Positions 52,001 to 64,000 of a stretch of DNA of 64,000 nt are shown in pieces. A program made the position numbers and the translations under genes. The stretch is from Antedon mediterranea (taxonomy: Eukaryota; Animalia; Echinodermata). The notes under the pieces were generated by a model. That model saw nothing but the letters and a program-made list of their open reading frames with translations. It was not told the DNA's origin and searched no databases. How positions within the stretch are numbered: the first letter of the stretch is position 1; every line of letters begins with the position of its first letter. The DNA lies in NCBI RefSeq assembly GCF_964355755.1, contig NC_092670.1, forward strand, positions 22,926,795-22,990,794, read 5' to 3'.

Positions 52001-55000
52001 AAGTTTCTTGCACATCTACAGCTAGAGGGCAATCTTTTGACAAAGTTACACAATTTTATGTTAACCCGAATTAGAGATATGCCACCAACAAAATTCGGGG
52101 AAAGAAAGAAGAATAACATAGAAAAAACTAGATTTGAACTCGTCACTACGGACGAGTTAGGTTATCCGCAGCGCAAAAGCCACGTGCACGTCGTACGTTA
52201 GAATATTGCGCGCAGATAAACGATGATGCCATTGAAACAATTTCAGTTTTCTCTCTATTTTGCGTCACGTCTAAGTATATACGGTATACAATATATTATA
52301 CTCTATACGTACTACATACAGTGCAGAATAGGTGAAAATAAGTGACCAAAGTTATTGACGCCTTTGAACATGATGACGTCATCACAATTGAAAAAAATGG
52401 TGAATCATGCGAAAGATAATTAATTGACCTAGACAAAATAAAAAAAATGAGTGAAATGGAATACGGATAAGTGGAGATGCGCTCTATTAAATTTGACGAA
52501 CTATGACGAAAGAGAAAAAAATCCTATATTTTATATATGGGTGGCCATACGATGACGTCAAAATGTCCGGTTAGCCATATCAATGCATGTTTCGAGAAAT
52601 ATAACTCATTTACTTCCAGAATATGTAATTTTAAAAAAGTTCACCACGTAGTTTAGAGTTTATGACTGTTTAAAAAAAGATCTAATTTTGACGATTTTTT
52701 GAAGTTTTTCATCAAAAACACGCGCAAATTATCCAATTATACGTGCTCGTGTGACGTGATTTTAAGTCGAAATTGATTGAAAATTGATAAATTTACTAGG
52801 AAAGGGTGAAAAAACAAAAATCAAGCAAAAAAACGATGTTTTTGCGTTACGTGCGCACGCGCGCGTAAGAAAAGTGCGCACGCGTGGGAATTTTTGAAAT
52901 GCTCAAAATTACATGAAACGCGTAGAAAGTTGATTAGAAATTGATTTTTCGCATTTTGATATTTTAAACGCGCGTGCGCGCGTAACTTTCATTAAAACAT
53001 GCCATTTTCTCTCCATAGAAAGTTAGCGCATGATATGACTTAAATTTTCACCAAGTTTCAATACAAAATGACATATAGTTTTTATTCTATGATCAATCAT
53101 TGAAATTCATAAAATTGCGCGTAACTTACGCTGCGCAACTCGAAATTCAAAAAAAAAAGTTTCTTGCACATCTACAGCTACAGGGTTATTTTTTGACAAA
53201 GTTATACATTCATATGTTGGCCAGAATTAGAAATACGCTGCCAACAAAAAATGGGAGAGAAGTGTGTAAAGAAAGAAATAAATACTAGATTTGAACTCGT
53301 CACTACGGACGAGTTAGGTTATCCGCAGCGCAAAAGCCACGTGCACGTCATACGTTAGAATATTGAGCGCAAAAAAAAAAACGATTATGGCATTGAAAAA
53401 TGTTAGTGCGCTCTCTATTTTGCGTCGCGTCTAAGTATATACGGTATAACACTATATACTGTATACGTACTACATACAGTGCAGAATAGGTGAAAATAAG
53501 TGACCAAAGTTATTGACGCATTTGAACATGATGACGTCATCACAATTTTTAAAATCGTGGATCATGCGAAAGATAATTGATTGATCTAGACAATATAAAA
53601 AAATTGAGTGAAATGGAATAAGGATAAGTAGAGATGCGCTCTATTAAATTGACGAGCTATGACGAAAGAGAAAAAAATCCTATATTTTATATTCGGGTGG
53701 CCATACGATGACGTCACAATGTCCGGTTAGCCATATCAATGCATGATTCGAGAAAAACAACTCATCTACTTCCAGAATATGTAATTTTAAAAAAGTTCAC
53801 CACGTAGTTTAGAATTTATGACTGTTTAAAAAAAGGTCTAATTTTGACGATTTTTTGAAGTTTTTCATCAAAAACACGCGCAAATTATCCAATTCTACGT
53901 GCTCGTGTGACGTGATTTTAAGTCTAAATTGATTGAAAATTTATAAATTTACTAGAAAAGGCTGAAAAAACAAAAATCAAGCAAAAAAAAGATGTTTTTG
54001 CGCTATGTGCGCACGCGCGCGTAAAAAATTTGCGCACGCGTGGGAATTTTTGAAATGCTCAAAATGACATGAAATGCATAGAAAGTTGAGTAGAAATTGA
54101 TTTTTCGCATTTTGAAATTTTAAACGCGCGTGCGCGCGTAACTTTTTGCAAAACATGCCATTTTTAATCCATAGAAAGTTTGCGCATGATATGACTTAAA
54201 TTTTCACCAAGTTTCAATACAAAATGACTTTTGGTTTTTAATCTATGATCAATCATTGAAATTCATAAAATCGCGCGTAACTTACGCTGCGCAACTCCGA
54301 AATCGTCCAAAAGCTTGGCTGCACATCTACAGCTATAGGTCAATCTTATGACAAAGTTATACAATCTTATGTTGGCCAGAATTAGAGATATGCGACCAAC
54401 AAAATTCGTGGAAAGAAAGAAGAACATAGAAAAAAAAAAAAAAAAAAAAAAAGATCCTGACAATAACAAGGGGTTATCCGCCAAGTGCGGATAACCAACT
54501 AGATTTGAACTCGTCACTACGGACGAGTTAGGTTATCCGCAGCGCAAAAGCTACATGCGCGTCATACGTTAGAATATTGCGCGCAGAAAAACGATTATGC
54601 CATTGAAAAAATGTTAGCGCGCTCTCTATTTTGTGTCACGTCAAAGTGTATACGGTATACACTATATACTGTATACGTACTACGTACAGTTCAGAATAGG
54701 TGAAAATAAGTGACCAAAGTTATTGACGCTTTTGCACATGATGACGTCATAACAATTGTTAAAATGGTGAATCATGCGAAAGATAATTGATTGACCTAGA
54801 CAATATAAAGAAATGGAGGGCAATGGAATACGGATAAGTGGAGATGCGCTCTATTAAATGTGATGAGCTATGACAAAAGAGAAAAGAATCCTATATTTTA
54901 TATTCCAGTGGCCATACGATGACGTCATAATGTCCGGTTAGCCATATGGATGCATGATTTGATATCTACAACTCATCTACTTCCAGAATCTGAAATTTTA

Positions 55001-55648
55001 AAAATGTTCACCACGGAGTTTAGAATCTATGACTTTTAAAATAAAGGCATAATTTTCACGAATTTTTGAACTTTTTCATCAAAAACACGCGCAAATTTTT
55101 CAATTCTACGTGCTCGTATGACGTGATTTTAAGTCCAAATTGTTTGAAAGTTGGTAAATTTACTAGAAAAGGCTGGAAAAACAAAAATCAAAAAAAAAAA
55201 AGATGTTTTTGCGCTACGTGCGCACGCGCGCGTAAAAAAATTGCGCATGCCTGGGAATTTTTTAAATGCTCAAAATGACATGAAACGCGTAGAAAGTTGA
55301 TTAGAAGTTGATTTTTTGCATTTTGAAATTTTAAACGCGCGTGCGCGCGTAACTTCCTGTGAAACATGCCATTTTTAATCCATAGAAAGTTTGCGCTTGA
55401 TATGACTTAAATGTTCACTAAGTTTCAATACAAAATGACTTTCGGTTTTTAATCTATGATCAATCATTTAAATTCATAAAACCGCGCGTAACTTACGCTG
55501 CGCAACTCAAAATTCATAAAAAAAAGTTTCTTGCACATCTACAGCTACAGGGCAATCCTTTGACAAAGTTATACAATCATATGTTTGCCAGAGTTAGAGA
55601 TACGCTGCGAACAAAATTCGTGGAAAGAAAGAAGAACATAGAAAAAAA

Positions 55649-55679
<31 letters not shown>

Positions 55680-58020
55680 GATCCTGACAATAACAAGGGG
55701 TTATCCGCCAAGTGCGGATAACCAACTAGATTTGAACTCGTCACTACGGACGAGTTAGGTTATCCGCGGCGCAAAAGCCACGTGCACGTCATACGTTAGA
55801 ATATTGCGCGCAAAAAAAAAACGATTAATGACATTGAAAAAATGTTAGTGCGCTCTCTATTTTGTGTCACGTCTGAGTATATACAGTATGTACTATATAC
55901 TGTATATGTACTACGTACAGTTCAGAATAGGTGAAAATAAGGGACCAAAGTTATTGACGCTTTTGAACAAGATGACGTCATAAAAATTTTAAAAATGGTG
56001 AATCATGCGAAAGATAATTGATTGACCTAGACAATATAAAAAATAGAGGGCAATGGAATACGGATAAGGGGAGATGCGCTCTATTAAATGTGACGAGCTA
56101 TGACGAAAGAGACAAAAATCCTATATTTCATATTTGAGTGGCCAAACGATGACGTCACAATGTCCGGTTCGCCATATCGATGCATGATTCGAAATCTACA
56201 ACTAATCAACTTCCAGAATATGTAATTTTAAAAAAGTTCACCACGTAGTTTACAATCTATGACTTTTTTAAAAAAGGCATAATTTTCACGAATTTTTTAA
56301 CTTTTTCATCAAAAACGCGCGCAAATTTTTCAATTCTACGTGCTCGTATGACGTGATTTTTAGTCGAAATTGTTTGAAAGTTGGTAAATCTACTAAAAAA
56401 AGACAGGAAAAACAAAATTCAAGCCAAAAAATGATGTTTTTGCGTTACGTGCGCACGCGCGCGTAAAAAAAATGCGCACGTGTAGAAATTTTTGAAATGC
56501 TCAAAATGACATGAAACGCGTAGAAAGTTGATTAGAAGTTGATTTTTCGCATTTTGAAATTTTAAACGCGCGTGCGCGCGTAACTTACTGCACAACCTGC
56601 CATTTTTAATCCATAGAAAGTTTGCGCTTAATATGACTTAAATTTTCACCAAGTTTCAATACAAAATGACTTTTGGTTTTTAATCTATGATCAATAATTG
56701 AAATTCATAAAATCACGCGTAACTTACGCTGCGCAACTCGGACGGGACCGAAAACCTTATTACGACATCTTCAGATAGAGGTCAATCTTCTGATAAAGTT
56801 ATACAATGTTATGTTAAGAAGATTTAGAGATACACGCGCAACAAAATTCTGGGAAAGAAAGAAGAAAAAAGAAAAACTAGATTTGAACTCGTCACTACGG
56901 ACGAGTTAGGTTATCCGCAGCGCAAAGGCCACGCGCACGTCATACGTTAAAATATTGCGCGCAGAAAAACGATTAAGTCATTGAAACAATTTCAGTGCGC
57001 TCTCTATTTTTCGTCACGTCTGAGTATATACGGTATACACTATATACTGTATACGTACTACATACAGTGCAGAATAGGTGAAAATAAGTGACCAAAGTTA
57101 TTGACGCTTTTGAACATGATGACGTCATCACAATTTTGAAAATGGTGAATCGTCCGAAAGATAATTGATAGAGCTAGACAACATAAAAAATGGGGGGAAA
57201 TGGAATACAAATAAGTGGAGATGCGCTATATTAAATGTGACGAGCTACGAGGAAAGAGACAAAAATCATTTATTTTATATTCGAGTGGTCATACGATGAC
57301 GTCACAATGTCCGGTTAGCCATATTGATGCATGATTTGATATCTGCAACTAATCTACTAACAGAATATGTAATTATAAAAAAGTTCACCACGTAGTTTAG
57401 AATCTATGATTGTTTAAAAAAAGGCATAATTTTGACAAATTTTTGAACTTTTTCATCAAAAATGCGCGTAAATTGTTTAATTCTACGTGCTCGTATGACG
57501 TGATTTTAAGTCGAAATTGTTTGAAAGTTGGTAAATTTTCTAAAAAAGACAGGAAAAACAAAAATCAAGCAAAAAAATGATGTTTTTGCGCTACGTGCGC
57601 ACGTGCGCGTAAAAAAATTGCGCACGCGTGGGAATTTTTGAAATGCTCAAAATGACATGAAACGCGTAGAAAGTTGATTAGAAATTGATTTTTCCCATTT
57701 TGAAATTTTAAACGCGCGTGCGCGCGTAACTTTCTGTGAAACATGCCATTTTCTCTCCATAGAAAGTTAGCGCATGATATAAATTAAACTTTTGCCAAGT
57801 TTCAATTTAAATGGTTTAATAGTTTTCGATCTAAATTAAATACGCGAAATTCATAAAATCGCGCGTAACTTACGCTGCGCAACTCAAACGGTACCGAAAA
57901 CCTTATTACGACATATTCAGATAGAGATCAATCTTCTGATAAAGTTACAAAATGTTATGTTGAGAAGATTTAGAGATATACGCGCAACAAAATTCTGGGA
58001 AAGAAAGAAGAATAAGAAAG

Positions 58021-58052
<32 letters not shown>

Positions 58053-61000
58053 TCCTGACAATAACAAGAGGTTATCCGCCAAGTGCGGATAACCAAAAAG
58101 AAAAAAAACTAGATTTGAACTCGTCACTACGGACGAGTTAGGTTATCCGCAGCGCAAAAGCCACGTGCACGTCATACGTTAGAATATTGCGTGCAGAAAA
58201 ACGATTATGCCACTGAAAAAAATGTTAGTGCGCCCTCTATTTTGTGTCACGTTTAAGTATATACGGTATACACTATTATACTGTATACGTACTACATACA
58301 GTGTAGAATAGGTGAAAATAAGTGACCAAAGTTATTGACGCTTTTGGACATGATGACGTCATAACAATTTTAAAAATGGTAAATCAATCGAAAGATAATT
58401 GATTGACCTAGACAATATATAAAAATGGGGGAAAATGGAATACGGATAAGTGGAGATGCGCTCTATTAAATGTGATGAGCAATGACGAAAGAGACAAAAA
58501 TCCTATATTTGATATTCGTGTGGCCATACGATAACGTCACAATGTCCGGTTAGCCAAATCGATGCATGATTCGATATCTACAACTCATCTACATTCAGAA
58601 TATGTAATTTTAAAAAAGTTCACCACGTAGTTTAGAATCTATGACTGTTTAAAAAAAGGCATAATTTTGACAAATTTTTGAACTTTTTCATAAAAAATGC
58701 GCGTAAATTGTTTAATTCTACGTGCTCGTATGACGTGATTTTAAGTTGAAATTGTTTGAAAGTTGGTAAATTTACTAAAAAAGACAGGAAAAACAAAAAT
58801 CAAGCAAAAAAATGATGTTTTTGCGCTACGTGCGCACGCGCGCGTAAAAAAATTGCGCACGCGTGGGAATTTTTGAAATGCTCAAAATGACATGAAACGC
58901 GTAGAAAGTTGATTAGAAATTGATTTTTCGCATTTTGAAATTTCAAACGCGCGTGCGCGCGTAACTTTTTGTGAAGCATGCAATTTTTAATCCATAGAAA
59001 GTTTGCGCATTATATGACTTAAATTTTCACCAAGTTTCAATACAAACAAACTTTTAGGTTTTATTCTATGATCAATCATTGAAATTCATAAAATCGCGCG
59101 TAACTTACGCTGCGCAACTCGGACACGACTGAAAACCTTATTACGACATCTTCAGATAGAGGTCAATCTTCTGATAAAGTTATACAATGTTATGTTAAGA
59201 AGATTTAGAGATACACTAGCAACAAAATTTGTGGAAAGAAAGAAGAAAATAGAAAAAAAAAGAGAAAAAGAAAAATAAAAAAAAGATCCTGACAATAACA
59301 AGGGGTTATCCGCCAAGTGCGGATAACCAATAAAAAAAAAAAAAAAAAGATCCTGACAATAACAAGGGGTTATCCGCCAAGTGCGGATAACCAACTAGAT
59401 TTGAACTCGTCACTACGGACGAGTTAGGTTATCCGCAGTCCTAAAGCCACGTGCACGTCATACGTTGGAATATTGCGCGCAGAAAAACGATTATGCCATT
59501 GAAAAAATGTGAGTGCGCTCTCTATTTTGTGTCACGTCAACGTGTATACGGTATACACTATATACCGTATACGTACTACATACAGTTCAGAATAGGTGAA
59601 AATAAGTGACCAAAGTTATTGACGCTTTTGCACATGATGACGTCATAACAATTTTTAAAATGGTGAATCATGCGAAAGATAATTGATTGACATAGACAAT
59701 ATAAAGAAATGGAGGGCAATGGAATACGGATAAGTGGAGATGCGCTCTATTAAATGTGATGAGCTATACGAAAGAGAAAAAAATCCTATATTTTATATTC
59801 GAGTGGCCATACGATGACATCACAATGTCCTGATAGCCATATTGATACATGATTCGATATCTACAACTCATCTACTACCAGAATATGTAATTATAAAAAA
59901 GTTTACCACGTAGTTTAGAATCTATGACTGTTTAAAAAAAGGCATAATTTTGACAAATTTTTGGACTTTTTCATCAAAATTGCGCGCAAATTGTTTAATT
60001 CTACGTGCTCGTATGACGAGATTTTAAGGCAAAATTGATTGAAAATTGGTAAATATATTATAAAAGGCAGAAAAAACGAAAATCAAGCAAAAAAAAGATG
60101 TTTTTGCGCTACGTGCGCACGGGCGCGTAAAAAAAGTGCGCACGCGTGGGAATTTTTGAAATGCTCAAAATGACATGAAACGCGTAGAAAGTTGATTAGA
60201 AATGAATTTTGCGCATTTTGAAATTTTGAACGCGCGTGCGCGCGTAACTTTATGTAAAACATGCCATTTTTAATCCACAGAAAGTTTGCGCATGATATAA
60301 CTTAAATTTTCACCAAGTTTCAATAGAAAATGACTTTTTGTTTTTAATCTATGATCAATTATTGAAATTCATAAAATTGCGCGTAACTTACGCTGCGCAA
60401 CTCGAAAATCAAAAAACAAAGTTTCTTGCACATCTACAGATATAGGTCAATCTTATGACAAAGTTATACAATCATTTGTTAGCCAGAATTAGAGATATGC
60501 TTGCAACAAAATTCGTGGAAAGAAAGAAGAATATAGAAAAAAAAAAAAAAGAAAAAAAAAAAAAAAAAAGATCCTGACAATAACAAGGGGTTATCCGCCA
60601 AGTGCGGATAACCAACTAGACTTGAACTCGTCACTTCGGACGAGTTAGGTTATCCGCAGCGCAAAGGCCACGTGCACGCCACACGTCAGAATATTGCGCG
60701 CAGAAAAACGATTATGCCATTGAAAAAAAAATTAGTGCGCTCTCTATTTTGCGTCACGTATAAGTATATACGGTATACGCTATATACTGTATAGGTACTA
60801 CATACAGTGCAGAATAGGTGAAAATATGTGACCAAAGTTACTGACGCTTTTGCACATGATGACGTCATAGAAATTTCAAAAAATGTGAATCATGCGAAAG
60901 ATAATTGATTGACCTAGACAATATATTAAAATGGAGGGAAATGGAATACGGATAAGTGGAGATGCGCTCTATTAAACGTGATGAGCTATGCGAAAAAGAC

Positions 61001-64000
61001 AAAAATCCTATATTTTATATTCGAGTGGCCATACGATGACGTCATAATGTTCGGTTAGCCATATTCATGAATGATTTGATATCTACAACTCATCTACTTC
61101 CAGAATCTGTAATTTAAAAAAAGTTCACCACGTAGTTTATAATCTATGACTTTTTTAAAAAAGGCATAATTTTCACGAATTTTTGAACTTTTTCATCAAA
61201 AACGCGCGCAAATTTTTCAATTCTACGTGCTCGTATGACGTGATTTTAAGTCGAAATTGTTTGGAAGTTAGTAAATCTACTAAAAAAAGACAGGAAAAAC
61301 AAAAATCAAGCCAAAAAATGATGTTTTTGCGATACGTGCGCACGCACGCGTAACAAAATTGCGCACGCGTAGGAATTTTTGAAACGCTCAAAATGACATG
61401 AAACGCGTAGAAAGTTGATTAGAAATTAATTTTTCGCATTTTGAAATTTTAAATGCGCGTGCGCGCGTAACTTTCTGCGCAACCTGCCATTTTTAATCCA
61501 TAGAAAGTTTCCGATTAATATGACTTAAATTTTCACCAAGTTTCAAAACAAAATTACTTTTGGTTTTTAATCTATGATCAATCATTGAAATTCATAAAAT
61601 CGCGCGTAAGTTACGCTGCGCAACTCGGACTGGACCGAAAACCTTATTACGACATCTTCAGATAGAGGTCAATCTTCTGATAAAGTTATACAATGTTATG
61701 TTAAGAAGATTTTGAGATACACGCGCAACAAAATTCTGGGAAAGAAAGAAGAAAAAAGAAAAAAAAGAAAAAAAAAAAGATCCTGACAATAACAAGAGGT
61801 TATCCGCCAAGTGCGGATAACCAACTAGATTTGAACTCGTCACTACGTACGAGTTAGGTTATCCGCAGCGCAAAGGCCACGTGCACGTCATACGTTAAAA
61901 TATTGCGCGCAGAAAAACGATTAAGTCATTGAAACAATTTCAGTGTGCTCTTTATTTTTCGTCACGTCTGAGTATATACGGTATACACTATATACTGTAT
62001 ACGTACTACATACAGTGCAGAATAGGTGAAAATAAGTGACCAAAGTTATTGACGCTTTTGAACATGATGACGTCATCACAATTTTGAAAATGGTGAATCG
62101 TGCGAAAGATAATTGATTGACCTAGACAATATAAGAAAATTGAGGGAAATGGAATACGGATAAGTGGAGATGCGCTCTATTAAATGTGACGAGCTATGAC
62201 GAAAGAGAAAAAAATCCTATATTTTTTATTCGAGTGGCCATACGATGACGTCATAATATTCAGTTAGCCATATTAATGCAAGATTCGATAAAGACAACTC
62301 ATCTACTTCCAGAATATGTAATTTAAAAAATTTTCACCACGTAGTTTAGAATTTATGACTGTTTTAAGAAAGGCATAATTTTGACAATTTTGTGAACTTT
62401 TTCATCAAAAACGCGTGCAAATTGTTCAATTCTACGTGCTCGTATGACGTGATTTTAAGTCGAAATTGATAGACAATTGGTAAATTTACTAGAAAAGGCT
62501 GAAAAACCAAAAATCAAGCAAAAAAAAGATGTTTCTGCGCTACGTGCACACGCGCGCGTAAAAAAATTGCGCACGCGTGGGAATTTTTGAAATGCTCAAA
62601 ATGACCTGAAACGCGTAGAAAGTTGATTAGAAATTGATTTTACGCATTTTGAAATTTTAAACGCGCGTGCGCGCGTAACTTTATGGAAAAGTGCAATTTT
62701 CAATCCATAGAAAGTTAGCGCATGATATAAACTACACTTTTGCCAAGTTTCAATTAAAATTGCTTTTTGGTTTTTGATATATGTTAAATACGCAAAAATC
62801 ACAAAAACGCGCGTAACTTACGCTGCGCAACTATAAAGTCAAAAAACGAAACGTCCTGCACATCTACAGCTACAGGTCAATCTTAAGAAAAAGTTACACA
62901 ATATTTTGTTTGCCAGAATTTGAGATACGCTGCCAACAAAATTCAGGGAAAGAAAGAAGAATAACATAGAAAAACTAGATTTGAACTCGTCACTACGGAC
63001 GAGTTAGGTTATCCGCAGTCCTAAAGCCACGTGCACGTCATACGTTGGAATATTGCGCGCAGAAAAACGATTATGCCATTGAAAAAAATGTGAGTGCGCT
63101 GTCTATTTTGTGTCACGTCAAAGTGTATACGGTATACACTATATACCGTATACGTACTACATACAGTTCAGAATAGGTGAAAATAAGTGACCAAAGTTAT
63201 TGACGCTTTTGGACATGATGACGTCATCACAATTTTTAAAATGGTGAATCGTGCGAAAGATAATTGATAGACCTAGACAATATAAAAAAAATGGGGGGAA
63301 ATGGAATACAAATAAGTGAAGATGCGCTATATTAAATGTGACGAGCTACGAGGAAAGAGACAAAAATCCTATATTTTATATTCGAGTGGCCATATGATGA
63401 CGTCACAATGTCCGGTTAGCCATATTGATGCATGATTTGATATCTGCAACTCATCTACTACCAGAATATGTAATTATAAAAAAGTTCACCACGTAGTTTA
63501 GAATTTATGACTGTTTAAAAAAAGGCATAATTTTGACTAATTTTTGAACTTTTTCATCAAAAATGCGCGTAAATTGTTTAATTCTACGTGCTCGTATGAC
63601 GTGATTTTAAGTCGAAATTGTTTGAAAATTTATAAATTTACTAGAAAAGGCTGAAAAAACAAAAATCAAGCAAAAAAAGGATGTTTTTGCGCTACGTGCG
63701 CACGCGCGCGTAAAAAAATTGCGCACGTGTGGGAATTTTTGAAATGCTTAAAATGACATGAAACGCGTAGAAAGTTGATTAGAAATTGATTTTTTGCATT
63801 TTGAAATTTTAAACGCGCGTGCGCGCGTAACTTTTTGTAAAACATGCTATTTTTAATCCATAGAAAGTTTGCGCATGATATGACTTAAATTTTCACCAAG
63901 TTTCAATACAAAATAACTTTTAGTTTTTATTCTATGATCAATCATTGAAATTCACAAAATCGCGCGTAACTTACGCTGCGCGACTCAAAATTTGAAAATA
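49090..64000 (-). mobile_element. Array of 12 non-autonomous Helentron/Helitron2-like (HINE/DINE-1-type) elements of 1.15-1.5 kb; runs off the window end
   Basis: Units begin on the + strand at CTAG near 49092, 50614, 52128, 53285, 54499, 55726, 56877, 58109, 59395, 60616, 61825 and 62975. Read on the minus strand, a unit has a 5' hairpin GGTTATCCGC-ACTTG-GCGGATAACC, a T-tract, a core, an 11-bp subterminal inverted repeat TGCGGATAACC, a 3' hairpin AACTCGTC-CGTAGT-GACGAGTT and a CTAG end at a TT. There is no long ORF. Confidence 0.8.

Noticed and set aside
50328-62802. Recurrent 60-117 aa ORFs within the array units
   Set aside because: They are not conserved in frame between units, several are poly-Phe from A-tracts, and they have no recognisable domain.
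49090-64000. Array as tandem SINE/LINE copies or an snRNA/5S/tRNA gene cluster because of the A-tracts
   Set aside because: The A-tract is internal (followed by a 44-bp hairpin terminus), there are no target duplications, and I recognise no RNA gene or pol III boxes. An Rfam scan would settle it.

Overview
AT-rich eukaryotic (invertebrate animal) genomic DNA with spliceosomal introns; there are no operons, rRNA genes or CRISPR arrays. Main contents: (1) A 28-exon minus-strand gene (46537 to 18720) that I assembled by hand. It encodes a protein of about 3,720 aa with a signal peptide, 6 FN3 domains, about 80 EGF repeats (50 of them in one 5.8-kb exon) and a hydrophobic C-terminus with no cytoplasmic domain. 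(2) Two single-exon ORFs nested antisense in its introns: CMC2 and a 3-Ig transmembrane protein. (3) A decayed L2/CR1-group LINE split by a 3.58-kb TIR DNA transposon with a 3-bp target duplication. (4) Many MITEs, SINEs, minisatellites and a family of 21-32 bp hairpins with 7-bp target duplications. (5) From 49090 to the window end, 12 head-to-tail copies of a non-autonomous Helentron/Helitron2-like element. Its junctions suggest the array grew by copies inserting into each other's T-tract, Russian-doll style, rather than by ordinary satellite amplification. All coordinates were read by eye and no database search was run.
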